This document shows positions 47,612-61,200 of a DNA stretch of 64,000 bases, piece by piece. Source of the stretch: Selaginella moellendorffii (taxonomy: Eukaryota; Plantae; Lycopodiophyta). Numbering within the stretch: position 1 is the first letter of the stretch; each line of letters begins with the position of its first letter. The stretch is taken from contig NW_003314282.1 of the NCBI RefSeq assembly GCF_000143415.4, positions 1,011,374 to 1,075,373 on the forward strand, given 5' to 3'. The position numbers and the translations under genes were made by a program. The notes under the pieces are model-generated. The model made no database searches. It worked only from the letters and a program-made list of their open reading frames with translations, and was not told the DNA's origin.

Positions 47612-48845
47612 TGTGAGGCACAAAATCTCTAGGCCCCAAAGTGGAGCCAAAGGGTGCCACGTGGTAGTGGCCGAAGCAAAAGCCAAACAAGCATAACATG
47701 TTTGGATTAAAAACTCCGACTTGAAAGGTTGAGAGTGAGGATGGAACTCCCAACGAAGTGCTCGAGGGATAAGCACAAAGCAAGCAATAAGTGAGTCTCT
47801 AGAAAAGGGACACAAGAGGACCAACACATGACACGTNNNNNNNNNNNNNNNNNNNNNNNNNNNNNNNNNNNNNNNNNNNNNNNNNNNNNNNNNNNNNNNN
47901 NNNNNNNNNNNNNNNNNNNNNNNNNNNNNNNNNNNNGTAGGGAGAGTGTGGGGGTCCTAGTTTGGCCAAAGAAGGCCATACCCAGTGTTGGGTGATAAGC
48001 TGACCACTGGGAAGTCCAAGACTAGAGTGAATACGGACCGACAAACAGGTAGCTTGGTGCAATGTTCAAGAGCCGGCTCTAGTTCCCCCTGGAGATCAAA
48101 TGGTCAATGCTCCCAGTCCAAGTGTGAGTGGCACTACCTACTTGGATACCTAGCATAGCTCAACAAAACTTCGCTCTAAGCCCATGGCTAAAGAACCCAA
48201 AGGTGGAAGGTAGGGAGAGTACCCATGAGGCTTACATAGGGCCACGGTGTTCCAAAATGTTGTCCCAAAGGCCCAGATTGTGGAAAGGAAGAGGAGTAGT
48301 CCTTTGGTGGAGTGACCAAGGATATAGTCTTGTGGTGAGGAAGTCCCAGAGGACCATAGGACTTAATGGTCGGGCTTGTGGGCCTCAATCCAGTGGCAAT
48401 GTTGGTGAACACGGCCATGGGCCGAAAGGGACTTGGTGGGGATCAGAAAAGGGATATTGAGGGAGGTTATTCCTCATGCTTGTGGGCATCCTAAGGATGT
48501 TAAGGAGTGGATCTGGGGTGATCACTTATGGATAGATGGCCCAGTATTTGAGAGATGGGATTGTGATGTAGGTAGTGTTAGACCACCGGTGTGACCAAGG
48601 TGAATGGGCATGGCATTAACGAAACGGGCTAATATGTTGGTGGTACCTTGGGGTGTCGGTCATGGGATCGGACACGTGGAGCACTTGGACCAAGTGCAAT
48701 GATTGAGTGGCATGGATGCCATTCTTGGGGCTAACAAGTCCCTAAGTCCAAAATAGGATTTATGGAGGTTGTGAGTGAGACTCCTCCAAGTGGTCGGAGG
48801 GGTAGTTAAATGACTAAAGTAAAATAGAAAATTTAGTCGCTTACA
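47612..48845 (+). mobile_element. Solo LTR, opposite orientation to the adjacent full element; contains assembly gap
   Basis: Reverse complement of 48975-50673; TSD TGATG/TAATG (one mismatch); N-run 47837-47936 where the tandem array would lie. Confidence 0.88.
47837..47936. other. Assembly gap (100 N)
   Basis: Run of n characters. Confidence 0.99.
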
Positions 48846-49974
48846 TAATGCTGCTATTGCTCAAGTCCAAGGACAAAGGCGAGGCCGTGGAGTTTGTTGT
48901 TAGGTGTGTGATGAAGTTGGTTATACTTATCGGCGTTGTTAGCATTTTCTAGATTAGTAGCCACTATTTCCTAGTGTAAGCGATTAATTTTTCCATTCTA
49001 CTTTAGTCACTTAACCACACCTCCAACCGCATGGAGGAGTCTCACTCACAACCTCCATAAGTTCTATTTCAGACTTGGGCTTGCTAGCCCCGAGAATGGC
49101 ATCCCCGCCACTCAACCTATGCACTTGATCCAAGTGCTCCACGTGTCCGATCCCATGACCGACACCCCAAGGTACCACCGATATATCAACCCATTACGCT
49201 AAGGCCATGCCCCTTTACCTTGGTCACACCGATGGACTAACACCACCTACATCACAGTCCCATCTCTCAAGGACTGGGCCATCCGTCCATGGGTGATCAT
49301 TCCAGATCCACTCTTTAGCATCCTTAGGATGCTCACAAACATGGGGAATAGCCTTCCCCAATATCCCTTTTCCGGTCTTCACCAAGTCCCTTTCTGCCCA
49401 TGGCCATGTTCGCCAACACTGCCACTGGATCGAGGCCCACAGGCCCGACCACTAAGTCCCACGGTCCTCTGGGACTTCCTCACCACTTGACTGTATCCTT
49501 GGTCACTACACTAGAGGACTACTCCTCCTCCTTTCCACAGTCTGGGCCTTTGGGACAACATTTCGGAACACCGTGGCCCTACGCGGGCCTCATGGGTACT
49601 CTCCTCGCCTTCTGCCTTTGGGTGCTCTAGACATGGGCTTAGAGCGAGGTTCCGTTGAGCCACACCAGGTATCCAAGTAGGTAGTGCCACCCACACTTGG
49701 ACTGGGAGCATCGGCCAGTCAATCTCCCGGGGGAACTAGAGCCGGCTCTTGAACACTTCACCAAGCTACCCCGCTTGTCAGTTTGTGTTCACTCTAGTCT
49801 TGGACTTCCCAGTGGGCAGCTCATCACCCAACACTGAGTCCGGCCTTCCTGGGCCAAACTGGCCTTTCCTGGCCAAACTGGCTCCACTGCAGTCCTCCCC
49901 CTACTATACTTTTGGAGCTCACCAAACCCCCTAGGGTCTGGGAGACGAACGCTTTGGGCTTTCACCCTCTCAGG

Positions 49975-50440
49975 CTCAAACTCGGACTTGGCCTCGGACT
50001 CGGACTCAGACTCGGACTCGGACTCGGATTCAGGCTCGGACTCGGACTCGGCCTCGGCCTCGGTCTTGGTCTCGGTCCCGATCTCGGTCTCGGTCTCGGT
50101 CCCCAGTCTCGGTCTTGGTCCCGGTCTCGACTTCGGACTCCATCTTGGGTCCATCTTGGACTCCATCTCGGACTCCACCTCGGACTCCATCTCGGACTCC
50201 ACCTCGGACTCCATCTCGGGTCCTTCTCGGACTCCATCTCGGACTCCATCTCGGGTCCATCTCGGGTCCATCTCGGGTCCATCTCGGACTCCATCTCGGA
50301 CTCCATCTCGGGTCCATCTCGGACTCCATCTCGGACTCCATCTCGGACTCCATCTCAGGTCCACCTCGGACTCCACCTTGGACTCCATCTCGGGGTCCTT
50401 CTCGGACTCCACTTCGGACTCCAACTCGGGTCCATCTCGG
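49975..50440. repeat. Hexamer (GGACTC/GGTCTC) and 11/12-mer (GGGTCCATCTC/GGACTCCATCTC) arrays in the 3' LTR
   Basis: Periodicity visible directly. Confidence 0.95.
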
Positions 50441-53400
50441 ACACTTCCACATGTCATGTGTTGGTCCTTTTGGGTCCCTTTTTGGAGCCTCGCTTATTGC
50501 TCTCTTTGTGCTTGTTTCTCGAGCACTTCGTTGGGAGTTCCACTCCCGCTCTCGACCTTTCAAGGTGGAGCTTTTAGTCCAAATGTGTTACGCTCGTTTG
50601 GCTTTCGCTTCAACCTCTACCACGTGGCACCCCTTCGGCTCCACTTTGGGGCCTAGGGATTTTGTGTCTCACAACTCCACCACCCATAGACGAAGTTCGA
50701 TGTCCTCATCGAACGGTAAACCCTTTCATAAAGTAGCACCCGCACGTGTTACCATTTCCATCCTTAGCATCTAGCCAATATTTGTCTATGGTTTGACACC
50801 AAAGGCTCACCATGCCTTGTCCATCCTCTAAAGAGCATAGCCCCTCTAACTTAGAGGCTCATTCGACCACTTGTGGTGGTCCTCTCCTTTTATTGGTTTA
50901 GTTCTCACTAAACTTGTTAGAGACACCTTCTCTAACTCAATCCCACTACTCATTCTCGAGTGGTCTCACTTTCCATTGATATAACCTTTGCATTTTGGAA
51001 CTTTTAATTCTGACTTCTTGAAGTCAATTTCCTGGGTGTCTTCGACACCTTGCATTGCACATATTGTGCAACTCCACTTCCCCCTCTTAGGAAGTCCTTT
51101 ACTCGCGGGCAACATCATCCTCTCTTCGATTTCGTGCCACCTTTGGCACTAAGTTTTGGTTATCATAATTTGTGCTAGGGCTGCGCACGGCCCTATCATT
51201 TGGCTACTTTGCCGCTCCCTCACTTGGAGCTTTTACTTCGCCAAATTGGAGCACTTAGGAATCCATCCTTGGAAGTCCACTTCCTTTCCCACAAGCTGTT
51301 AGCATCAAACACATTAGTGTTCTTTGGCTAACTTTGCCATTTGGATCCCTTCCATTAAATTCCATGGCCCAAACTTGGCCACTAGTCCTTTGCTCCTATC
51401 CTTGATTGTTACACCCAGCAACATCGGATCGCTACCTCCATTTTCGAGGTATCCCTTCGGTTCCATAGCAAAGACCCTTCTTTGCCAAGTCCAGAGGATG
51501 TTCACTCCTAGTACATCTCTTTAGCATCTTTTGCTATGGGCTCTATCCACGGCCCAACTTCGTAACCCTCCCATGGGTCTCTTTTAGAGACTACTTTCCT
51601 CGGACTCACTATGCCATCGCACGGACACAGCTTATTTCCCTTAGGTGCTCTTCCCACTTGATCACTTTGACCAAGCCACACCATCTTAAATAGTTCAAAT
51701 CAACATTTTGAACCAGGAACTTCCTTCCTTAGCCAACCAAAGACTTTGTCTTTATTTGGCCATAAGATCACCTAGTGATCTCACCTTGGCACCTTACTAG
51801 AGTTGCCAAGAGGCACTTGGTCTTCTAGACCTTCAAGTTGTTGACCATAACCCCGGAGGCATCCCCCACACTTGGCGGTGCACCCAAGTCAGCCCTTACG
51901 GCCAAGGGTTCACAGCAACTGAGAATAGGTGTCGCCATCTCACTCACCACGTCCTTGGTGCCACTTGCACTAAAGCGTTCAAGTTAGATATGCTGAGCTT
52001 TCACACTAAGCAATCTAACCGTGCATCACGACTCCGAGGCATCCCTCGCTTGGCGGTGTGCCCAAACCAGTCTCCCCACTGAGAGTGCATGACCACTGAT
52101 ATATGAGTGTCCTCATATTCCAAACCATCACCACGCCCTAGTGATTTGGGACTCGAACCCAAGCACTAGAGGGTCGGGACTCGAACCCAACCTCCGTATA
52201 TGCATCTACGGACGGCATCACCCAGGATGCCTGGCGTGACTCATCACGCTGGTGCACCAACTTATACTTAAAGCGTGCTACAGATCACAGCTTAGGAACC
52301 TAGTTCCTCCACACTACCAAGTCCTCTCACTTGACAAGTCTGCGATCATGCATGGACTCCTCCATGCTTGGCCCCATGGCCCACCCTTTTTGAAGTTATC
52401 ACCTTCAACTAGGGTATTTGTTCCCCTGACTTGCCAATCTCACTTGGCAAGTCCTCCGACCACTGTAACATGGTTCCTGCATAAGCGTGAAAGTCCTTGA
52501 CCATCGACTTTCGTTCAAAGCCCTCTCTTTGAACACTCGGGAACTACTTCCCTAACCTTGATAGCCTTGCCTCATGGCAAGCTTCAAGACCACGCTTCTG
52601 CTGCGCCACTCTGATTTCGCGTGTTCCATGAACCATTTACACTTAGCCTTTCTAAGTACTAAGCTACATAGAATTGTCTTTGGGAACCTTGAAGGAACTT
52701 TGTCCTTTAGCTTGCTAAGGCCTCCCTTTTCGCAAGCTTTATAGTTGTCATATAATCTAACATGGACAATTCCATGTTTTAGACTCTTCATGGCATCACG
52801 GTTGCTAGCAACAACATCCTCGAGCACCTTCTTGATTCTTCACTCCCAATTTGCACAACCACTGTTGGATATGCTCTTTGATTTCTATGGTTCAGTTCCA
52901 TCCCAATACTACTTGCCTTTTGGCCCTATATGTTTCCTTTGGTTATTCTCCTCCAGACTAGGAGGATAGCTTTGCACATTTTACTATGCCTTAGCAAGTA
53001 TTCTTAGGGATGAACCTACCCGATAGCCTAGGGAGTGGTTCCTCAATCTTGGGCATACTCACCTTATAATCCCACATATCGGGATTAACGTTGCTGCTTA
53101 TGGGCCTTTACATGCCCATCACTAGCCTTGCCAAAATTCCATTTTTGGCTTTGTCCAATTTGGGTAGACAGTTTTCTCCTGTCTCCACAACCTTGGACAT
53201 TTGGATAACACCTACTATCCATCATTCGCTAGGGACTTAGTCCCTTGGGCCTTATCTATTGCCCTTGCGACACGAAACACCACCTCCTAGTGTTCTAGAG
53301 TATTTGGGTGTCCCAATGATGGCCTCCTGACCATGAGCATTCCAGTTTACGACATTAACTTACTATATTGCAACATAAGCAATTTATCCCCCGTAAGGGT

Positions 53401-55734
53401 ATATCTAACTTCTTTATGCCATTAAGAAGTCTTGGGTAGCTACCTTCTACCCATTTAACCAATTATTTTGCACCTCTTTCTTAGTTGCCCCATAATTGTC
53501 AAGTCCTATAACTCATTGCTTGGTACTTCCACACCTCCATCATTATCTGGGTCACCACACTCTAACCGCATGCCTTCCAACTTAAGCCATGCCATTCCCG
53601 CTTCCGTTGGGATTCCCTTGGCAAGGGGTTCTTATGAACCCACCATCATAACCTCAAGGTATCACACCTTGGCACATTTGGTGTCTCCACACCATCGGCC
53701 CCACGAGCCTACCCTTATGACACTACTTATTAGTGTCTAGGTTTTTGCCAAGACCAATATAGTTGTTCCTCATGCTAACTATCCGTTAGCACCACACCAT
53801 AATGTTTGCACCCAACTCTGGGCCAAAGTTGCTTTCTTCCGGGAACATCTTTCCCACAACTTTAGTATGGCACATTCTGCCATCAATGAGATACCTACTA
53901 TTCTCATACTTGGATTTTATTATCCTTCCCATACCTCATGGGGCACCATACACCTCAGTCCAAATGCTTCAACCAATCCCTTAGGACCATTCCCTGACTC
54001 CGCTTGAGTCATCCAGCATTTTGGACTTTGCTAATCCAACAACTTGCGAAGTCTCAGTCTTAGAGGTGCCAACTCACTGGAATACAATTTCTTGTATTCA
54101 TGTCCTACTCACAAGGACAACCTTTGCAAGTGTTACTTCGACACTTGATTTGGTCTCTTGGGGCAACCTTTTGCCCCTTAGGACCACTTGTCCATGTGAT
54201 GAGAATGCCAACTCATCCTCTGAGTACACCCCCAACTCCTTGGGTTGTTCCAACATTTATTAGAGGTAGCCCCGGCTACCATTTCAAGGACTTGTGTCCT
54301 CTTCCGTATTTGACCTCCCACGGTTATCCATTCCAGTCTCAAATTTATGAGCACTTGCCTCAACTATGTGAGGATAATCTTATGACTCCTTTATTGTTTT
54401 GGAGTCTCTATCTTTCCCGTGATCCCAACTATAATTATTTACCACAACTACCTTAGTCAATTTGATGAGCCAAATGCTCATCTGAATCACATCCTCAACT
54501 CAATAAGGAAAACCTTGCACTGTTCCCAAGATCCCAAAGTCGTTCGATTATTGGCCCTTTTCTATCCACCACCGTGTCTACAAGTTCACATATGAACTAT
54601 AATGGAGAGCCATGTCTTCCCGACCTGCTACTCCTCAAGGATAGGCCCACTCTTCAGACCTTCCGATGCCAACACTAATGGTGATATACTTGAGTACCAA
54701 TAAAAGGCGGACTAAGGAACAACTCCGATACCAAGTTGTAAGCGACTAATTTTTCCATTCTACTTTAGTCACTTAACCACACCTCCAACCGCATGGAGGA
54801 GTCTCACTCACAACCTCCATAAGTCCTATTTCAGACTTGGGCTTGCTAGCCCCGAGAATGGCATCCCCGCCACTCAACCTATGCACTTGATCCAAGTGCT
54901 CCACGTGTCCGATCCCATGACCGACACCCCAAGGTACCACCGACATATCAGCCCGTTACGCTAAGGCCATGCCCCTTTACCTTGGTCACACCGGTGGACT
55001 AACACCACCTGCATCACAGTCCTATCTCTCAAGGACTGGGCCATCCGTCCATGAGTGATCATTCCAGATCCACTCCTTAGCATCCTTAGGATGCTCACAG
55101 ACATGGGGAATAACCTTCCCCAATATCCCTTTTCCGGTCTTCACCAAGTCCCTTTTTGCCCATGGCCGTGTTCGCCAACACTGCCACTGGATCGAGGCCC
55201 ACAGGCCCGACCACTAAGTCCCACGGTCCTCTGGGACTTCCTCACCACTCGACTGTATCCTTGGTCACTACACTAGAGGACTACTCCTCCTCCTTTCCAC
55301 AGTCTGGGCCTTTGGGACAACATTTCGGAACACTGTGGCCCTACGCGGGCCTCATGGGTACTCTCCTCGCCTTCTGCCTTTGGGTGCTCTAGCCATGGGC
55401 TTAGAGCGAGGTTCCGTTGAGCCACACCAGGTATCCAAGTAGGTAGTGCCACCCACACTTGGACTGGGAGCATCGGCCAGTCAATCTCCCGGGCGAACTA
55501 GAGCCGGCTCTTGAACACTTCACCAAACTACTCCGCTTGTCGGTTTGTGTTCACTCTAGTCTTGGACTTCCCAGTGGGCAGCTCATCACCCAACACTAAG
55601 TCCGGCCTTCCTGGGCCAAACTGGCCTTTCCTGGCCAAACTGGCTCCACTGCAGTCCTCCCCCTACTATACTTTTGGAGCTCACCAAACCCCCCAGGGTC
55701 TGGGAGATGAACTCTTTGGGCTTTCACCCTCTCA

Positions 55735-56200
55735 GGCTCGAACTCGGCCTCGGCCTCGGACTCGGACTCGGACTCGGACTCGGACTCGGACTCGGATTCA
55801 GACTCGGACTTGAACTCGGCCTCGGCCTCGGTCTCGGTCTCGGTCCCAATCTCAGTCTTGGTCCCAGTCTCGGTCTTGGTCCCGGTCTCGACTTCGGACT
55901 CCATCTCGGGTCCATCTCGGACTCCACCTCGGACTCCATCTCGGGTCCATCTCGGATTCCACCTCGGACTCCACCTCGGACTCCATCTCGGGTCCTTCTC
56001 GGACTCCATCTCGGACTCCATCTCGGACTCCATCTCGGACTCCATCTCGGGTCCATCTCGGGTCCATCTCGGACTCCATCTCGGACTCCATCTCGGGTCC
56101 ATCTTGGACTCCATCTCGGGTCTACCTTGGACTCCACCTTGGACTCCATCTCGGGGTCCTTCTCGGACTCCACTTCGGACTCCAACTCGGGTCCATCTCG
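55735..56200. repeat. Same tandem arrays in the 5' LTR
   Basis: Same units, different copy arrangement from 49975-50440. Confidence 0.95.
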
Positions 56201-58240
56201 GACACTTCCACATGTCATGTGTTGGTCCTTTTGGGTCCCTTTTTGGAGCCTCGCTTATTGCTCTCTTTGTGCTTGTTTCTCGAGCACTTCGTTGGGAGTT
56301 CCACTCTCGCTCTCGACCTTTCAAGGCGGAGCTTTTAGTCCAAACGTGTTACGCTCGTTTGGCTTTCACTTCGGCCACTACCACGTGGCGCCCCTCCGGC
56401 TCCACTTTGGGGCCTAGGGATTTTGTGTCTCACACCTAGGTGGAGACCTTGGTGTCAACAACGTCTTATTGGTGTTGTTGTAGTGGAAGGTTTGAACACC
56501 GAGATGCATCTGGGAAATAAAGAGTCACGCAAGTAACGGAGGGACCTTGCGCGAATAAATCATTGACCCCTTTATCTTTCTTTTGGGAGTATCATCAAGG
56601 GGTTCACTCAGCACTAGTTCATCCAATATTTACTTTCCAAGTTCGTTTTTATAATAAGTGGTCTCCTATTATTCTTTCCATGTTGGTTGATACAGGTTCA
56701 AGTTTATCTTCTATTGCTTGACCTATTGGCACACATTGCCATCTACACTTGCATCGTGTGGTGGATTCAATTTTCATTCTTTATGACAACGGTCGTACAT
56801 ATGCATGTGCACGGGATGAGGTAGACTTTGTTGTACATGTGGGTAATCTTGAGCTTGGGTTGCAATCATTGCGAGTGGTGGCGAGTTAAGCTTTTGACTT
56901 CATCTTTGGTATAGATTGGTTGAAGTGCAATCATGCTAAGTGTAACTTTGAGGCTTCTCCCCTTTAACTTATACTTTATATTTCATCCATTTCTCTCACT
57001 TATGTATCTTTTCATCCCTTAGCTTGTACCTTTGCTTCCATTACTTTTGTCCCTTCACTACTTCCTTCTATATTTTTTCTTGTTCTACTCTTCCCTTTTC
57101 CGATCCCTCTGACAATCTTTGTGTTGCAGTGGTTGACCGGCTCATGAAGGAGTATTTTGATCTCTTTGAGTTTGACCTATTGTCTGGGGCCAAGATTGCC
57201 GCACATCATCCGATTTCAACCAAGGATGCTCATCTAATCAAGGTTCCTGTTTGTTATCGGTCACCCAAAGAAATCAAGACTTTACGTGCAAACGTCAAGG
57301 AGATGTTGGAGAAGGGTGTTATTTGGAAGTCACAGAGTCCTTGGGCATATGATCCTTATCTTGTAACGAAGCTTGATGGGAGTATTTGTTTCTACATTGA
57401 CTATCATCTGCTAAACGAAGTGATAATTCTAGATGTGTAGCCTTTTCCTCACACTGTTGATCTCTTGAATCGTTTGGGGTGAAGTTGTTGGTTCACCAAG
57501 CTAGATCTTACTTTTGGGTACTGGCAAATACTGATGGCTGAAAAAGATATTCCTAAGACTGCTTTTTGTACACTGTTTGGTTTGTTTGAGTTCTTGGTGA
57601 TGCCGTTTGGTTTGAACAATGCTCTAGCAACTTTCCAGTAGATGATGGATGAGTTTCTTTTCGATATGCTGAAGGTGACTGCTGACTTTATTAATGATGT
57701 CTAGATCCACTCGGAGGGGATGTGGGAGGAGCACGTTCATGATGTTTGTAAAGTGTTGGATCGGCTATGGGATGCTGGTTTAAAGCTGAAGCGGTCGAAG
57801 TGCGTATTTGGACAACTTATCTTGGGTACCGTATTTCTCCTGAGGGTTTGCAAGTTGATCCTAACAAACTTGTGGCTGTTCTAAAGTTCCCTACTCTAAA
57901 GTGTGTGAATGATATGCAGTGTTTTCTGGGCAAAGTGCAATATCTTGATCATTTTGTGGATCATCTTTCTGATCGCACTGCACTATTGCAAACATTGCTG
58001 AAATCATCAATGTCATTTTTCATCTAGTGTTTGGATTGTGAGTGGGTGTTTATGAATCTCAAAGAGCTATTAACGACTCCTTTGGTTTTAACATATCCTA
58101 ATTACACTTGACCTTTTATTTTGCACGTGGATGCTTTTGAAATTGGTTTTAAAGGTGTGTTGATGCAAGAGAGCCCAAGTGTGTCTGGTCAGTGCTATCC
58201 TATGACGTATATAAGCCGTACATTACAACCAGCTAAAGAG

Positions 58241-61200
58241 GTACATGCATTTTGCATCGTGATTTTCACAAAGGCATTTCCTGAGTTAAAAATTGAGATT
58301 AGGATTTCAACCAGTCTAAATTCTTGACTTGGATGACTGGGCATATAGTGGATATATAAGCTCGTGATAGCAAGTTAGACCTATCCCCTTTCTGTCTTTT
58401 TATATCCTTGGCTATATTAACATACACTCCACTTGCTCAACATCTACTCTTTTCTTCCATGCCTATCTTACTCATTGCCTTCTGGGAATCAAGGCTGTGA
58501 GATGTACATCAATCTTTTTATTTGAAAGTGTATGTATTAATATCCCAAAACTTGTTTGTTTGTAAGTAACGAAATCAATCTATATTGTCTTGAATCTTCA
58601 ATCATAATCAGAAGTCAAGCTCCTGGCTTGAATCTTCAATCGAGTATTTCTTTCTCAATTCTTCCCGAGTCTCTACTCGAGGTCACTTTCCTACTCGGAC
58701 TCAGGAAAGGTATTTTTATATGGTTAAGGTAGTTGATAAAATGTCAAGTCTGGTGCTGTTCTCCAACATTTGGATCAAACAGATATATATATTATCAAGA
58801 CTCATTGCAAGAGTTGAATTCTTAACAAGTATTTGTATAGTAGTTTTGTGCTTCTTTTCCCAAGATATGGGCTCTTATAACCAAAGACTATATTTTCTAA
58901 TTAGTTGTGAGATTGGAAGATTGTGGTTATTGGCTTCAACCTTTAATTTCTTCACTAAATATAAGTCTTCAAAATTCCTGTTTTGTGGACCTCTTTATCC
59001 TTGAGTTGAGTCCAAGTGTCAAAGTAAAGATTCCAACAAATTTCTTTAGCTTTGATCTCGTGTGTGCATGGACCTATGTAACACTCTTTTCTCTAAGGTC
59101 CTTTCTTTATCTTGAGGTAGGTATGTTCATGTATAGCACTTTTGTCGACTGTAAAATCTCCTTGATTTAATGTGTTGTAAACTAAACTAAAGTAATGTTT
59201 TTGTATTCAATTAGTTATCACTTATTTGCTTCCTACAACTATATAATGTCTTGTGTCTATCAAATGAATTCTTGATCTTGTTAGCTTCATGTGTCAACTC
59301 ATTGGTTCTGCCTTACATGTTGCCTTTGATTTCATGATGGTTCATTTCCCTTATTCTGCACTTGCTGGTGTTGTTCAACTTCTCTCTGTTGTATAGCACG
59401 TTCTCTTTCACAATCAAAGTTGATCACTTCGCGAACTTTTCAAGGTATAGTCTCAATTAATATTCTTGCATTATAAGTTTGAAATCTTGACATAGGATCT
59501 CCTAAAATACTCCTTAAAATGTTGAGATTTCTTGGACGCACTCTTCCTTGTTGGTTGTGAGTGATATTTATCTCTAAACTGGGGTTTTGATGTTGGACCT
59601 CAATATCAAAGTTGAAGTTTGTTACTGTATTTAATCTTGGCCTATTGTGATTCCATCTTAAATTTTTCCTCCGATTCATAATCCTTGAGCTTTCAAGTCA
59701 TTCCCTTGAACTTGACTCAAGTTCAGGTTCCCGTCGGTTTTGCGAACTCAAATTTTTAATTCGAATTTGTTGATTGCTTTGTCTTTGATTTCTTAATTCT
59801 CCAGCTATTCTCATCCATCCTAAACGATGCCAATATACTATAGTATATAGTTCAATAAGAGTGCTTATTAGTAACATTACACCAAAAGGACTTTGAAGAA
59901 GTTGGTAAAGTAATTTTGCATTCTCTTCAAAATCTCTAAATCTAAGAGTGTTAATAAACCAATGAACTTGTAGTTCAAAGGTTCCACACTCTGTTGCTGT
60001 TATGACTCTCGTCAAATCAGTGTTGAAAACAAGTGTTAATAGTTGAAAAGTTTCATGTTTATATATGCTTAGGAATTCGATAATTGTTTGTTGAAAGATG
60101 TGTCTGCAATACACCTAAGTCAGAGTTCTTCGAGTTGTAAAGAAATTGAAGTAAACATATTTTTCTTTCAACATTTCTTCATTTTTACATTCTTCCTTTT
60201 TGCTAAACAATTTGTAAAAGAGTCGCAAAATTGTTTCTTGGAGTTTTAAAAAGCAACTAAAATGTTGTTTCTCTTCTTATTCTAAGCTATTATTAATCTT
60301 TTCAGTTTTGTATTCTTGAGTAATTTCTTTCACCTCGTTTTCTTGTTCTTTTCTAACTTCTATTGTAGCTTTTTCATCCTTGATTTTTAACTTTTCTTTT
60401 GCTAGTTTGCAAGTGTTGCAATGCCATTTAGGATAAAATTGTGTGTATGGTTTGGCATAATTCCTGAAACCACATAAAAAGCAATCTTCATATCTTGTAC
60501 ACTTGGGATTATTAAAGGGATATTCATGCTTGATCATTCTTCATGTTTATTACAAGGATTTTCAAGACATACATCTTGAATCCAATTATACCTTGAAGAT
60601 TTAAGGCTTGAATGCCTAATTTCAAGAGACTAACTCGAAGACTCAAGACAATAGCTTGACTTCGACTTTACACAAAGATACCAAAAAAGTGAAGGTTTTT
60701 AAAACAAGAATATCTCAATATATTTAGACGATTGAATGTACCCCAATAGGACCAATCCTATAAAAGCTCAAGAAAGAGATTTACGAAACCAGATAAAAAA
60801 TGAACGAAGGAACATTTTCAAACTAAGACATATAGAGGAACAGTAGCATATAATAACTGAGTTACAAGATAAAGTCGAACAAGAATTTCAAAACAAAACA
60901 GGAACCACCAGTTCCAAAAGACCAAGTGAGAAAACATTTGTCACAACTACACTAGATTCAGACTTGATTGAGGACAACACTTTAGACCAAAGCTCGCTAA
61001 CCAAACTTTCAACACAAGATCAGCAACCACCAATGGCAATCATCAACCTGATGAGTACAATTGGAAGTATGATTACATATTCGATTTTCACAGGAAGTAA
61101 GTCAGAAGATTCAGAATTACATGTAAAAAAAATCAATTAGATTGTCAAGATAAACAATCAAGAACAATATCAAGCCATACTTTTCCCATACACACTTAAA

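Larger units (their letters stand above)
48975..56434 (-). mobile_element. Complete non-autonomous LTR retrotransposon (LARD-like): 5' LTR 54737-56434, 3' LTR 48975-50673
   Basis: Perfect TSD CCTAG; TG..CA ends; minus-strand PBS TGGTATCGGAG (tRNA-iMet-like, ~54723-54733); PPT at 50674-50688; ~4 kb interior with no ORF over ~120 aa. Confidence 0.93.
46537..58240 (+). mobile_element. Degenerate host Ty3/gypsy element (5' LTR 46537-46712), interrupted by two nested insertions and 3'-truncated
   Basis: TG..CA LTR; PBS-like TGGTGGAGGTAAGGGG (tRNA-Ala-like); gag PMEVD at ~47600; Zn-knuckle relic at ~48895; protease LVDTGSS at ~56685; RT and RNase H to ~58240. Confidence 0.88.

Noticed and set aside
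49789-50774. Long overlapping ORFs (WSPR/ESEM/RDGV/SDSD repeats), also at 55596-56439 and 36327-36637
   Set aside because: They arise from stop-free tandem arrays in LTRs that are open in nearly all frames on both strands.
56510-56522. GGGAAAT near the gag end as a -1 frameshift site
   Set aside because: The element is too degenerate to establish the gag and pol frames.
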